Below the pieces are notes generated by a model that saw only the letters and a program-made list of their open reading frames with translations, was not told the origin of the DNA and did not search any database. This document shows, piece after piece, positions 10,006-20,105 of a stretch of 64,000 nt of DNA; positions within the stretch are counted from its first letter, which is position 1, and each line of letters opens with the position of its first letter. Made by a program: the position numbers and the translations under genes. Origin of the DNA: an uncultured Candidatus Binatia bacterium (GTDB taxonomy: Bacteria > Desulfobacterota > Binatia > UBA9968 > JAJDTQ01); assembly GCA_965215605.1 (NCBI GenBank), contig OZ244070.1, positions 3,712,001 to 3,776,000 on the forward strand, written 5' to 3'.

Positions 10006-11454
10006 CTACCGCTTCCGGACCGCGTAGCTCATGGGCGCCACGTCGTCGATGGTCTCGCCAAGGGCGCGCCATTCGGGGACGGAGTCCCACAGGGGTTGAG
10101 CTCCGGCCTGAATCCGGTCCAGTAGTTCACCCTCGTCGAAGCGGGTGGCGCGGCCGTCCTCCAGCAGGGTCTCGCCGTCGACGATGATGGTTTCGATGTC
10201 GCCGCCGCTGCCGCCTTCCACCAGGGATTTGATGGGGTCGCGCACGGCGCCGAAGTGGGTCTTGCGCAGGTCGACGACGATCATGTCGGCCTTGGCTCCG
10301 GGCGCCAGCCGTCCCAGGTCGTCCCGCCCGAGGGCCTTGGCCGCCCCCAGGGTGGCCGCATCGTACACGTCATATGGCTTGCCGGCCCGGAAGCTCCCTT
10401 CCACGAGTCTGCAGGCGAGTCCGGCAAGGCGCATCTCGTGCACCATGTCCTGAGGGAAGGTGTCCGTGCCCAGCACCACGTTGATGCCGCGCTGCCGGTA
10501 ACTGTCGAAGGACTCCAGGGCGATACCCATCTTGGCGTATTTGTAGGGGGCATGGGCCACGGAGGCGCCGCTGTCCGCCAGCATCGACAGGTCGTCGCTG
10601 TAGGGGTAGTGGCACCAGGAGTGCCGGCCATGGAACACACAGTGCCCCAGGATCACCTCCTCACCCAGGAATTCCAGGTCGTGGAGATACTGGATCGGCG
10701 TCACGCCCCTTTGCCGCAGCGTCGACTGGAACTCCACGATGTTCATGGCGGTGTGGAGCTGGATGCCGATGCCCAACTCCCCGGCGATGCGCTTCGTGGC
10801 CTGAAGCAACTCCGGCGTGCAGGTGTCCAGTTGGCCGGGGTAGAGCATGGCCCGAATCCGGCCGTTGAAGGCGCCGTCATGCTTTTTCGCGTACGCTTCG
10901 GCCGCGGCCAGGCCCCGCTCGCCGTTTGCCTCGTCCCAGTCCCATTGGATGCGTCCCTCGTCGTCCAGCACGTAGGCGGCGCTCCGGTAGCCGGCTCCCA
11001 GATAGGCCCGGGCGCCCAGCTCGCCGATCATCTCGGTGAAGCCCTCGATCATCGTGCCGCGAGTCCCCACGTCCAGGATGGTGGTGGCGCCGCCCCGCAT
11101 GGCGGCCCACACGCCGAACTTGCCCTCGACGTCGGCCCGCGGCGGCGGGCCCATGCCTTTGGCGCCGCGCCGCGTGGCGCCGTAGGAAAGGAAGTTCATG
11201 CCGAGGTAGTCTGCCTTGCTGGCGTCGCTCAGCATGACGTGCCGGGCATTGGTGCCCGCGTGAATGTGGCAGTTGATGAGGCCCGGACCGACGAGCCGGC
11301 CACGCGCGTCGATGGTCCGGTCCACCGGCCCGTCGAAACCGTAACCCACGTGGACGACGCGGTCATCCTCGTACACCACCACCCCGTCGGGCAGCAACTC
11401 GTGCCCGCGGCCGTCGTAACCGACGACCCAACCGCCTTGAACGAGTGTCTTCAT
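10006..11454 (-). CDS. Amidohydrolase (chlorohydrolase/deaminase family)
   Basis: PGLINCHIH, LGTD and GRLAPGAKADM motifs; GAGGT RBS before MKTLVQGG. Confidence 0.87.
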   Translation of the reverse strand: MKTLVQGGWVVGYDGRGHELLPDGVVVYEDDRVVHVGYGFDGPVDRTIDARGRLVGPGLINCHIHAGTNARHVMLSDASKADYLGMNFLSYGATRRGAKGMGPPPRADVEGKFGVWAAMRGGATTILDVGTRGTMIEGFTEMIGELGARAYLGAGYRSAAYVLDDEGRIQWDWDEANGERGLAAAEAYAKKHDGAFNGRIRAMLYPGQLDTCTPELLQATKRIAGELGIGIQLHTAMNIVEFQSTLRQRGVTPIQYLHDLEFLGEEVILGHCVFHGRHSWCHYPYSDDLSMLADSGASVAHAPYKYAKMGIALESFDSYRQRGINVVLGTDTFPQDMVHEMRLAGLACRLVEGSFRAGKPYDVYDAATLGAAKALGRDDLGRLAPGAKADMIVVDLRKTHFGAVRDPIKSLVEGGSGGDIETIIVDGETLLEDGRATRFDEGELLDRIQAGAQPLWDSVPEWRALGETIDDVAPMSYAVRKR

Positions 11455-11553
11455 GGTGTTTACCTCGAATGCGTGCGTGTCCGGTGTGCTGTACTTGAAA
11501 GACGCGCTGGCTGTCAAATCCGGCGGCTCGTGTCGGGCCGTCTGCTCGCTCCG

Positions 11554-13752
11554 TCAGGCTCGCGCTTCCCCGGCGAGACGCGGGGCGAGGTTGGTCAGCC
11601 GGCGGGTGGAACGGACGTTGTTCACCGCCATGGCCAGGGCCCGGGGCTGGCCGATGATGACCACCAGCCGCTTGCCCCGGGTCACGGCGGTGTAGAGCAG
11701 GTTCCGCTGCAGCAGCAGATAGTGCTGCATGGCCAGGGGGATGACCACGGCCGGGTATTCCGACCCTTGGCTCTTGTGCACCGACGTGGCGTAGGCCAGG
11801 GAGATCTCGTCCAGTTCCCCGAACTCGTAGAGCACGGTTCGTTCGTCGAAGGTCACGTGGAGCTGCCCCTCGTCCAGGTCGACACGGGAAACCTGTCCGA
11901 TGTCGCCGTTGAAGATGTCCTTGTCGTAGTCGTTGACGGTCTGGATGATCTTGTCCCGTGGGGCGTAGGTCCAGCCGTAGCGGCTGACCCTCGGCTCCGC
12001 GCCGGCATTGAGGTGTTTCTGCAGTTCGACGTTCAGCGAGTGGGTCCCCAGGCTGCCGCGGTTCATGGGCGTCAGCACCTGGATGTCCCGGATGGGACTC
12101 AGCGAGAATCGCCTGGGAATGCGTTCGGTCACCACCTGAATGAGCTTGTCGTGGATCTCCTCGGGGGATTCGGCGGGAATGAAGTAGAAATCCTGAAGCC
12201 CCGCGCCGTCGCGGGTTTCGATGAATTCACCCGCGTTGATCCGATGGGCGTTGATCACGATGCTGGAGGATGCCGCCTGCCGGAATATCTCCGTGAGGCG
12301 CACGGTAGCCACTCGCCCCGACTCGATGATGTCCTGCAGCACGGCCCCGGGCCCCACCGACGGAAGCTGGTCCACGTCCCCCACCAGCAGCACGGCCGCG
12401 TGCGAGGGTACGGCCTTCAGCAGTTGATTCATCAGCAGGACGTCCACCATGGAGACCTCGTCGACGATCAACAGGTCGACCTCCAGGGGGTCGGCTTCAT
12501 CCTTGCGGAAGCCTCCGTGTCTTGGATCGAACTCCAACAGGCGGTGGATGGTCCGGGCCTCGGCCTGCGCGGACTCGGACAGCCGTTTGGCGGCGCGTCC
12601 GGTGGGGGCGCAAAGCAGCACCTTGCCGCCGCGCCCTTCGACGATCTTCAGAATGCTGTTGACGATGGTGGTCTTGCCGACGCCGGGCCCTCCGGTCAAT
12701 ACCGTGACCTTGCCGTTCAGCACCACGGCGACCGCTTCGCGCTGCGACAGGGAGAGGCTGAGGCCGGTCAGGGCCTCCACCCACGGGATCGCCCGCGCCG
12801 CGTCGATGGCGCCCCATGGCGGCGGACCCGCCAACAGCCGCCGGAGGCAGCCGGCGACACCCGCCTCGGCCCGCTGAAGGGGCGCCAGGAAAAGCGCCGG
12901 CTCACCGCTGATGGATTCGGCCATCAGGTTCTCGGCCGCTACCTCCAGGGCGATGGCCTCTTCGACGGCCGCGGGCGGGACCTCGAGCAGCGCAACCGTG
13001 CGTTGCACCAACTGCCGCTTCTCCGCCGCGCAGTGTCCTTCCGTCGAGCACTCCCAAAGGATGTGGCGCAGCGCGGCCCGTATCCGGATGAGCGAATCGG
13101 ACGGGATGCCGAGCTTGCGGGCAATGGCATCCGCCGTCACGAAGCCGATGCCGTTGATGTCCAGGGCGAGGCGGTAGGGGTTTTCCCGGATCCGATCGAT
13201 GGCCTGATCGCCGTACACCCGGTGGATGCGCGCGGCCCGCGCATTGCCGATTCCGTGGGAGTGCAGGAAGACCATGATCTCCCGGATGGCCTTCTGCTCG
13301 CGCCAGGCCTCGGTGACCCGGGCCTGCCGTTTGGCGCCGATTCCCTCCAGCATGCGAAGGCGCTCCGGGGTCCGCTCGATCACGTCGAACACGTCGGCGC
13401 CAAAGGCCTCCACCAGTTGATGCGCGAAGTGTCTTCCGATCCCCTTGATGAGACCGGAGCCAAGGTATCTCTCGACTCCTTCAAGGGTGGTCGGGGGCAC
13501 GGACCTCAACGTCTCGGCGCGGAACTGCAGACCGTACGCGGCACTGTTCACCCACGCGCCCCGGCAATCGACCTGCTCACCGGGATTGATCGCCGCGGCG
13601 CTGCCCACCACCGTCGCCAGTTCGCGGCGGCCCCGCACCTTGACTTGCAGGACGCAGAAGCCGGTATCCTCGTTGTGGAAGGTCACACGCTCCACCAGAC
13701 CCTGCAGGTCCTCTGTCCGCATCGGCGGCTGCTTGGCTGCATTGTCCGGCAT
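11554..13752 (-). CDS. recD2: ATP-dependent RecD-like (RecD2) DNA helicase
   Basis: N-terminal VERVTFHN/OB and HhH region, GGPGVGKT, IVDEVSM, GDVDQLPSVGPG, HKSQGSE, LYTAVTR. Confidence 0.94.
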   Translation of the reverse strand: MPDNAAKQPPMRTEDLQGLVERVTFHNEDTGFCVLQVKVRGRRELATVVGSAAAINPGEQVDCRGAWVNSAAYGLQFRAETLRSVPPTTLEGVERYLGSGLIKGIGRHFAHQLVEAFGADVFDVIERTPERLRMLEGIGAKRQARVTEAWREQKAIREIMVFLHSHGIGNARAARIHRVYGDQAIDRIRENPYRLALDINGIGFVTADAIARKLGIPSDSLIRIRAALRHILWECSTEGHCAAEKRQLVQRTVALLEVPPAAVEEAIALEVAAENLMAESISGEPALFLAPLQRAEAGVAGCLRRLLAGPPPWGAIDAARAIPWVEALTGLSLSLSQREAVAVVLNGKVTVLTGGPGVGKTTIVNSILKIVEGRGGKVLLCAPTGRAAKRLSESAQAEARTIHRLLEFDPRHGGFRKDEADPLEVDLLIVDEVSMVDVLLMNQLLKAVPSHAAVLLVGDVDQLPSVGPGAVLQDIIESGRVATVRLTEIFRQAASSSIVINAHRINAGEFIETRDGAGLQDFYFIPAESPEEIHDKLIQVVTERIPRRFSLSPIRDIQVLTPMNRGSLGTHSLNVELQKHLNAGAEPRVSRYGWTYAPRDKIIQTVNDYDKDIFNGDIGQVSRVDLDEGQLHVTFDERTVLYEFGELDEISLAYATSVHKSQGSEYPAVVIPLAMQHYLLLQRNLLYTAVTRGKRLVVIIGQPRALAMAVNNVRSTRRLTNLAPRLAGEARA

Positions 13753-13828
13753 GGAAATGATTCAGGGTCGCGGCACGAGGGGCTGGGCTGGTCGCCCGTC
13801 CCGCGGGTCTCGGATCGGACGTCCCGGC

Positions 13829-16321
13829 TCAGCGCTCGCCGTCGCCGAAGAGTTTCAGCGCCTTTTCGATGAGCTTCTGGACCGGATCCTCCTCGTTCGC
13901 CGGTTCCTGCGTTTTCTCCTCGCGCTTCTCCCGGTCTTGCTCGCCGCGCCTGGCGCCGGCTCCGGGGATCAGGTCCAGAATGCCCTTGACGCCCCTGCCG
14001 ACCGTCTTCTCCAGGACGTTCTCGATAAGCCTGAGGCGCGGCCGCAGGGTGACGTCGGGCAGCGTTCCCCTGACATCGAACGGCACCTCGATCTGGTCCT
14101 TGTGGTTGGTGATGGGCGTCAATCTCGATCCCGGAAGGAGATCGGCGGAGAGGTCCTCGGACAGGGTCAGCATGCCGTCGAGCTCAGTGACTCCGTCGAG
14201 ACCGATCCAGCCCTTTCCGGCGATGTCGTAGTCCGTAGCCTTCAGGGTGATCCGTTCGACGACGACCCGGCCGCCCTTCGCCCTCACTTCAGAATCGAGC
14301 TGCTCGAAAGTGGTGGTCTCTTTCTTGAAGACCTTCGGGTATTTGTCCTTGAGCCGCGCGCTGAAAAGGGACGTCAGCCCCGAAATCCCGGTCATGCCTT
14401 GCAGCGCCTGTTCGGCAAGGTTGGCGTCCAGGATACGGCCTTCGGCGACGGCGGCCGTTCCCTTGCCCGCGAGGGTGGGCTTGATGGCATCCCAGGTCCG
14501 CCCTCGTCCCGTAACGGCGAGGTCGGCGTTGAGAGTGCCCGTCACTTCCGGAATGCCCTCGACACCGGCCAGGTATTGCCGGATGTCGATGTCCCGCATG
14601 CGAGCGGCGACATCGAAGCGTGGAGAGGCGCCCCGGAGCTCGATTCCGCCGCTGGCGTCCAGGGAGCCTCCCAGGGTCTTGAGTTGAAAGGATCCCACCG
14701 CGAGACGTTCCTCCGTCACGTCGAAAGCGGCCGTCAGGCCGGTGAACTCGAGCCCCAGAAGGTTCCCCTTGTCGGAGGCCAGACTCCCCTCGAAAGACAG
14801 GCTGGCGTCCCACGTCAGACGGCCGGAGCCCCGCGCGCCTTCCAGCACCCCGTCCTGGGGCTGGAGCCGGAGGTCCGTCAACCGGAGCGAAGGAGATGCC
14901 AGCCGGTAGTTCAAGGTGAAGGGTATGAAGCTCTCCAGGGTCGCCGTGCCGGCGAGGCTTGTCTCGCCCATGCGAAACGACAACTGACGGAGCGTCACGC
15001 CGTGATTGGAGAACTCCACCGCGGCCGAAACCGCTTCCAGGCTTTCTTCCAGGGCGGGCACCTTGACGGCGGCGTCCTGGAGCTTCAGCGCACCATGGAT
15101 GCGTGGGGCGGCGCCGCCGCCCAACGCTCCGGTGACCTCCAGATTGCCCTCTGCCCGGCCGGAGAGCTTGTAGTCCGCCAGCAGCGGCGCCCACCGATCC
15201 CAGCCCTGCAACTCGGCATCCGTTATGTCCAGGCTGAAATCGATGGTTGCCGGACTGCCGAGCCCGATGTCGCCGTCGCCCCGGACGTTCAGCTTGTCCA
15301 GGGTTGCGTCAAGACGCTTGACCGCGATGTCTTCCGGTGTCGCACGAGCATCGACCTCCAGCCGCAACGTCATGCCCGGGGGCTTGTGGATGCCGTCGCC
15401 GTACTTGAGACCGCTGTGCGTGAGGTCCAGGGCGCCGGTGACCGCCATGTCCCTCGGGGTCCCCTTGAGCGCGAGCCCCTGCGCCTGCAAGGTGCCGGCG
15501 AGCCCCAGCGTCTCGGGCCAGGCCGCGGCCATCTCCGGGAGTACCTCTCGCAGAGCGTCCCACGACAGCGTATCGATGTCGACGGTGCCATCGACCGGAA
15601 CGGCCTTCGGCGCACGCCCCACGGGGCCGACGACGCCGTCGAAACGCACGTTCTGACGGTCCTCCAGCAGGGCCGTGGCCAGCGTTGCCTTGAATGGACG
15701 TTCCAGGCTCAGGTCGGCCAGCTCAAGGTCCAGTTCTCTCAGTGCGATCTGACGCCGGCCCCTTTCGTCCCGATAGTGGAGGGTGCCTTCCGACACCTGG
15801 ATATGGGACACGGCGAGGCGGCCGCCGAACCCGGAAACGTCCTCCTGCGACGGTTGCTGCGCCGCTGCCTCGCTGACCGCGAACGGACCGCTGGTCCGGG
15901 CCGCCCCGGGTACGCGATCCGAGGCCAGTCGCGCGCCCAATCCCCTGAAGTTGTAGACGCCGCGTTCGTTGCGGATGACCTGCAGGACCGGCCGCTGCAG
16001 TGCGACCCGGGTCACGGAGAGTCGGCGGCGGAGGGGATGAATCCTGAGATTCACCTGAACGTCGGCGGCCCGGAGGAAATGACCGGAGCCGAAGGCCGGG
16101 TCCTCGCTTACGGAAAGCTCCCGGATCCGGACGCCGATGCCGCCCCGCAGCTTGACGTTGATCCGATCGTAGGCAACTTTCCGGCCGGTGCGTCGCTCGG
16201 CGGCGGCGACGATGCGGTCCTTGTAGGAAACCAGGAGGGAGTCGAGGTTGTAGAGCGCCAATCCTAGCAATGCGGCAACAACTATAATAAGGACCATCAA
16301 CGCGATGATGAGTTTCCGCAT
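13829..16321 (-). CDS. AsmA family protein
   Basis: N-terminal TM anchor, beta-rich repeats, AsmA-like C-terminus (PFDVRGTLPD). Confidence 0.8.
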   Translation of the reverse strand: MRKLIIALMVLIIVVAALLGLALYNLDSLLVSYKDRIVAAAERRTGRKVAYDRINVKLRGGIGVRIRELSVSEDPAFGSGHFLRAADVQVNLRIHPLRRRLSVTRVALQRPVLQVIRNERGVYNFRGLGARLASDRVPGAARTSGPFAVSEAAAQQPSQEDVSGFGGRLAVSHIQVSEGTLHYRDERGRRQIALRELDLELADLSLERPFKATLATALLEDRQNVRFDGVVGPVGRAPKAVPVDGTVDIDTLSWDALREVLPEMAAAWPETLGLAGTLQAQGLALKGTPRDMAVTGALDLTHSGLKYGDGIHKPPGMTLRLEVDARATPEDIAVKRLDATLDKLNVRGDGDIGLGSPATIDFSLDITDAELQGWDRWAPLLADYKLSGRAEGNLEVTGALGGGAAPRIHGALKLQDAAVKVPALEESLEAVSAAVEFSNHGVTLRQLSFRMGETSLAGTATLESFIPFTLNYRLASPSLRLTDLRLQPQDGVLEGARGSGRLTWDASLSFEGSLASDKGNLLGLEFTGLTAAFDVTEERLAVGSFQLKTLGGSLDASGGIELRGASPRFDVAARMRDIDIRQYLAGVEGIPEVTGTLNADLAVTGRGRTWDAIKPTLAGKGTAAVAEGRILDANLAEQALQGMTGISGLTSLFSARLKDKYPKVFKKETTTFEQLDSEVRAKGGRVVVERITLKATDYDIAGKGWIGLDGVTELDGMLTLSEDLSADLLPGSRLTPITNHKDQIEVPFDVRGTLPDVTLRPRLRLIENVLEKTVGRGVKGILDLIPGAGARRGEQDREKREEKTQEPANEEDPVQKLIEKALKLFGDGER

Positions 16322-16430
16322 AAGAGCGTCCGGCGCCTCTGAAAATTGAATCTACACCATCATGCCGGGGAACTGAAGGTGCCGGCCGGGTGGAAGGGGA
16401 CGCGCGCGCGTCGACGACGGAGGTCCTGCC

Positions 16431-16844
16431 TTGAAACGGTTCGTATCCGAACGTAGGGTCGAGTTCGCGGACTGCGACTCCGCGGGAATCGTCTTCTATC
16501 CCAACTTCTACACATGGTTCGACCGCGCCACGGAGCGTTTGTTCGCCTCCGTCGGCCTGACCTACCAAACCATGCGCCGGCAGCACGGCGTCGTCGGACT
16601 TCCGCTGCTCGAAACCGGCGCCAAGTACCTGCGCCCCTGCCGCCACGGCGAAGCGATGCGCCTCGAGAGCTGGGTGGATGAGTGGCGCGAGAAGGTGTTC
16701 GTGGCAAAGCACCGGATCGAGTGCGCCGGCGAGACGGCCGTGGAGGGTTACGAGACCCGCGCCTGGGCGGTGCCGTCCGAGGCTGCGGGCCGTTCCATGC
16801 GGGCCGCGCCCATTCCAGAAACGGTCCGGGAGCTCTTTCAGTGA
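16431..16844 (+). CDS. Acyl-CoA thioesterase (4HBT/YbgC family)
   Basis: VEFADCDSAGIVFYPNF motif. Confidence 0.88.
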   Translation: MKRFVSERRVEFADCDSAGIVFYPNFYTWFDRATERLFASVGLTYQTMRRQHGVVGLPLLETGAKYLRPCRHGEAMRLESWVDEWREKVFVAKHRIECAGETAVEGYETRAWAVPSEAAGRSMRAAPIPETVRELFQ

Positions 16845-18098
16845 ATGAATCCCGCCGCCGTGCTTCAGAACCGTTCCATGGACTCCGTGCCCACACCCGC
16901 GCCGCCGCCGTCACCCGGTAACGCCCAACGGTGGGGCCGAAGGCTCAACTACCTGGCCGGGGCCTGCGTGGCGAGCTCCATGAGCGCCGCCACCACCTAT
17001 GTGCCGCTCTACATGAAGAGCCTCGGCTCCTCGTACTTCGTGAGCGGCCTGCCCCTGGGAGTGCGCGCGGTGGGACGGTTCACGTTCGATGCCGCGGCCA
17101 TGGTGATTGCCGGCCGACGAATCCCGCCCCAGACCATGCTGGCCCTGGGCGTCACCTTCACCGGCATGGCGCTGCTGGCGTGCGGGCTGTTCCCGAGCGC
17201 CTATCCGGTTACCGCGGCGTTCTTCTTCATCGGCGCCGGCGTCGCGTGGGTTCAGATCGCGTTGCGCCAGATCGTGTTCGAGGGAGCCCCGTCCGGCCGG
17301 CGCGGACGCGCGTTGGGAGTGCTGAGTCTTTTTCTCGGCTCGGGCCCCATGGTGGGCATCTTTTTCGGCGGGTTGATCTCCGAGTATTTCGGATACCGCT
17401 ACCTGTTCGCCGCGGCAGCGGTCGCGGTCCTGTGGTTGCCGCTGTTGCTGGTACGTCTTTCGCCGCCCCGCAAGGACACGGAGGGAGGGGGGACGTCGCT
17501 GCGGCTGAAGGTGATCCGGGATATCCTCGCGACCCCGGGCGCAAAGCTTTGCTGCGCCTCCAGCTTCTTCTCGCTCTTCTATCAGCCGGCCCGTTCCCTG
17601 GCATTGGCCTTCTACGCCACCGAGGCGTTGAGACTGTCCGTCGCCTCCTACGGCGTCATGAGGAGCATCAGCCAGCTCGGCAACGTGAACGGGCGCTTTT
17701 TCGGCGGGCTCTGGACGGACCGATCCGGGGTCATCGCCTGCATGGCCAGCGGTTACTTCATCTCGGCCGCGGGGTTCGCGCTGGTCCCATGGACCGGCAG
17801 CTTCGGCTCGCTCCTGATCGTGCACACGGCCATCGGCGCGGGTGCCGGCATGGTGAATCTGGCGGGCCAGGTGGGCATCCTGTCCATCTTCCCCTCCGCC
17901 AGGCGCGGGCAAGCGCTGGCGCTCCAGCGCGCGCTGGGCGACATCGGACTCTTTCTGGGCCCCATCGTTGTGAGCGCGGGCCTCGATGCTTTCGGCTTCC
18001 TGCCTGTGTTCATGGGCATGGCCGTGCCGCCGCTGGTCTTCGGGCTGTGGACGGTCCTGGCAAGGCCGTTTCCGGCCGACAGCGCGCGGGCGGATTAG
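16845..18098 (+). CDS. MFS transporter
   Basis: About 12 TM segments, RRGRALG and GLWTDRSG motifs; start codon uncertain. Confidence 0.82.
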   Translation: MNPAAVLQNRSMDSVPTPAPPPSPGNAQRWGRRLNYLAGACVASSMSAATTYVPLYMKSLGSSYFVSGLPLGVRAVGRFTFDAAAMVIAGRRIPPQTMLALGVTFTGMALLACGLFPSAYPVTAAFFFIGAGVAWVQIALRQIVFEGAPSGRRGRALGVLSLFLGSGPMVGIFFGGLISEYFGYRYLFAAAAVAVLWLPLLLVRLSPPRKDTEGGGTSLRLKVIRDILATPGAKLCCASSFFSLFYQPARSLALAFYATEALRLSVASYGVMRSISQLGNVNGRFFGGLWTDRSGVIACMASGYFISAAGFALVPWTGSFGSLLIVHTAIGAGAGMVNLAGQVGILSIFPSARRGQALALQRALGDIGLFLGPIVVSAGLDAFGFLPVFMGMAVPPLVFGLWTVLARPFPADSARAD

Positions 18099-18155
18099 TC
18101 GGCGGTGGCAGAGGCCGCCGGCGGCCGCCCTTTGCGGAGGTCCGCCGCAACGTCG

Positions 18156-19097
18156 CTAACCCAGATGGGGAATCACATCCGCCGCCAGAAGCTCCAGGTG
18201 CTCCATCTCGTCGAAGGCGGGGTTGAGCAGCAGATGGCGGGCGCCTGCCCGCGCTACCTCGTTCAGCCGGTCGATGACTTCCTGGCGTCCGCCCCATATG
18301 CACACCTGCGAGGCGAGGTCGGCATTGCGGTAACGCACCGCGAAGAACTCGCGCAGACGCCGCTCCGCCCGGTCGCGGTCGTCATCCACGGCCAGGTAAA
18401 CACGCTTGGATACGGCGAAGGTTGACGGGTCCCGTCCGGCCTCGTCGAGGAACCGCGTGATCCGTTCGTATTCCTTGACGAAACGCTGGGTGCCCGAGGA
18501 GCCCGCTCCCATGAAGCCGTTGCCGAAGGTCACCGCCCGTCGCAGTGCCGGCTCGGCGTGGCCGCCGAACCAGAGCGGAAAGGGTTGCTGAGCCGGCTTG
18601 GGCTCCATGGCGACGTCGGCAAAATCCCAGAACCGTCCCTGGAAGGTCACCCGCTCCTCCTGCCAGAGGGCCTTCATGATCTTGATCCCCTCCGTGAAGC
18701 GAGTCGCCCGGTGCTCGGAGGTATAGCCGAACACCGTCTCGGACTCCGGCCACATGCGCCCGCGGACCCCGCCCAGTCCAATGCCGGTGATGATCCGGCC
18801 GCCGCTCAACTGGTCCAGACTGGCCAGGCTCTTGGCAAGCTGCAGCGGGTTGCGGAGCACCGTGAGCAGCACGGAGCTGCCGATCTTCAGCCTGGAGGTC
18901 ACCGCGGCCACGTAGGTCATGAGGATCACGGGTTCCAGCATGGAGAAATTGCTGAGGATCCGTTCCTGGGTCCAGAGGCTGTCGTAGTCCAGTTCCTCGG
19001 CCCGGGCCGCGAACTTCTTGATGTGCCCGGTGTCCACCGGTCCGTCGATGAATACCTGTGGGATCTCGATGCCGCAGGGTATGTGGCCGTCTGCCAT
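18156..19097 (-). CDS. LLM-class flavin-dependent oxidoreductase
   Basis: YDSLWTQE, LAKSLASLDQLSGGR and PKPAQ..PLWFGG motifs. Confidence 0.9.
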   Translation of the reverse strand: MADGHIPCGIEIPQVFIDGPVDTGHIKKFAARAEELDYDSLWTQERILSNFSMLEPVILMTYVAAVTSRLKIGSSVLLTVLRNPLQLAKSLASLDQLSGGRIITGIGLGGVRGRMWPESETVFGYTSEHRATRFTEGIKIMKALWQEERVTFQGRFWDFADVAMEPKPAQQPFPLWFGGHAEPALRRAVTFGNGFMGAGSSGTQRFVKEYERITRFLDEAGRDPSTFAVSKRVYLAVDDDRDRAERRLREFFAVRYRNADLASQVCIWGGRQEVIDRLNEVARAGARHLLLNPAFDEMEHLELLAADVIPHLG

Positions 19098-19101
19098 GAA
19101 G

Positions 19102-20070
19102 TCACTCCAAAGATTCCCGGATGGCCCGGGTGATGCGCTCCTCGGACGGACCGATGTGTTCCTCGAGGGGCTGGCTGTAAGGGACCGGCACATCCAGCGT
19201 GGCCACGCGGCGTATGGGGCCCTTGAGCTTGTCGAAGCCGGTTTCCGCGATGCGCGCGGCGATCTCGGCGGCAACGCCGCAACTCCGGTGGGTCTCGTCC
19301 ACGATGACGACCCGGCCCGTCTTCTCCACCGAAGTCATGACGGTGTCGAGGTCGAAGGGCACCAGGGTGCGGGGATCCACCACCTCGACGTCGATGCCCT
19401 CGGATGCCAGGCCCTCGGCCACTCCCAGGGCGCGATGCAGGGCGAAGGAAGTGCCGATGACGGTCACGTCACCGCCGCAGCGTTTGACGTCCGCCTGTCC
19501 GAGAGGGATTCGATCCGCGTCCGGTACCGCTCCCTCGACCTCGAACAGACCCGAATGGTCGATGAAAACAGTGGGGTTGTCGCTGGCGACCGCGGCCTTG
19601 AGGAGGCCCTTGACGTCGCGCGGCGACGACGGCAGTACGATCTCCAGGCCCGGACAGTTCCACAACATGGCCTGGGGGCTGGCCGAATGCTGCGCCGCGC
19701 CGCCGCCCCTGATCCCGTGCAGCATGTGGAACACCACCGGCGCCCGCACCTGGCCGCCGGACATGTAGAGGACGTTGGCCGCCTCGTTGACCACCTGAGG
19801 CCAAGCCTCGAAAAGGAAGCTCCCGGTGGTGATGTCCACCACCGGCCTCAGGCCCGCCATGGCCGCGCCGGTGGCAAGGCCGCAAAAGCCCAGCTCGGAT
19901 ATCGGCGGCGCCGCCACCCGGTCCGGGTAGGCCTTCTCGATGGCCGCGAAGTTGAGCCGGCGCGGGCTCAGGCTGAAGAACGTCCCGCCGATGAGGTGGA
20001 CCCGGTCGTCTTCCTCCATGATCTCGCGCAAGGCCTCCAGCTTTGCTTCATGGTAGGCCAAATGTCGCAT
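19102..20070 (-). CDS. 2-oxoacid/acetoin dehydrogenase E1 beta-like subunit
   Basis: PISELGF, AAQHS, VDPRTLVPFD and VEKTGRVVIVDE motifs. Confidence 0.9.
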   Translation of the reverse strand: MRHLAYHEAKLEALREIMEEDDRVHLIGGTFFSLSPRRLNFAAIEKAYPDRVAAPPISELGFCGLATGAAMAGLRPVVDITTGSFLFEAWPQVVNEAANVLYMSGGQVRAPVVFHMLHGIRGGGAAQHSASPQAMLWNCPGLEIVLPSSPRDVKGLLKAAVASDNPTVFIDHSGLFEVEGAVPDADRIPLGQADVKRCGGDVTVIGTSFALHRALGVAEGLASEGIDVEVVDPRTLVPFDLDTVMTSVEKTGRVVIVDETHRSCGVAAEIAARIAETGFDKLKGPIRRVATLDVPVPYSQPLEEHIGPSEERITRAIRESLE

Positions 20071-20105
20071 AGGTCGTCATTCCCGCACCCTGACCGCAAG
20101 TGTAG

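Noticed and set aside
11554-13752. RecD2 as a sign of a prophage or defence island
   Set aside because: No integrase, phage or defence genes are nearby; the flanks are ordinary chromosomal genes.
10255-16267. Very long plus-strand ORFs (1205 aa, 940 aa) and similar long antisense ORFs at 41875-44118 and 60448-63234
   Set aside because: They are shadows of real genes on the opposite strand. High-GC codon bias suppresses stop codons and they contain no recognisable motifs.
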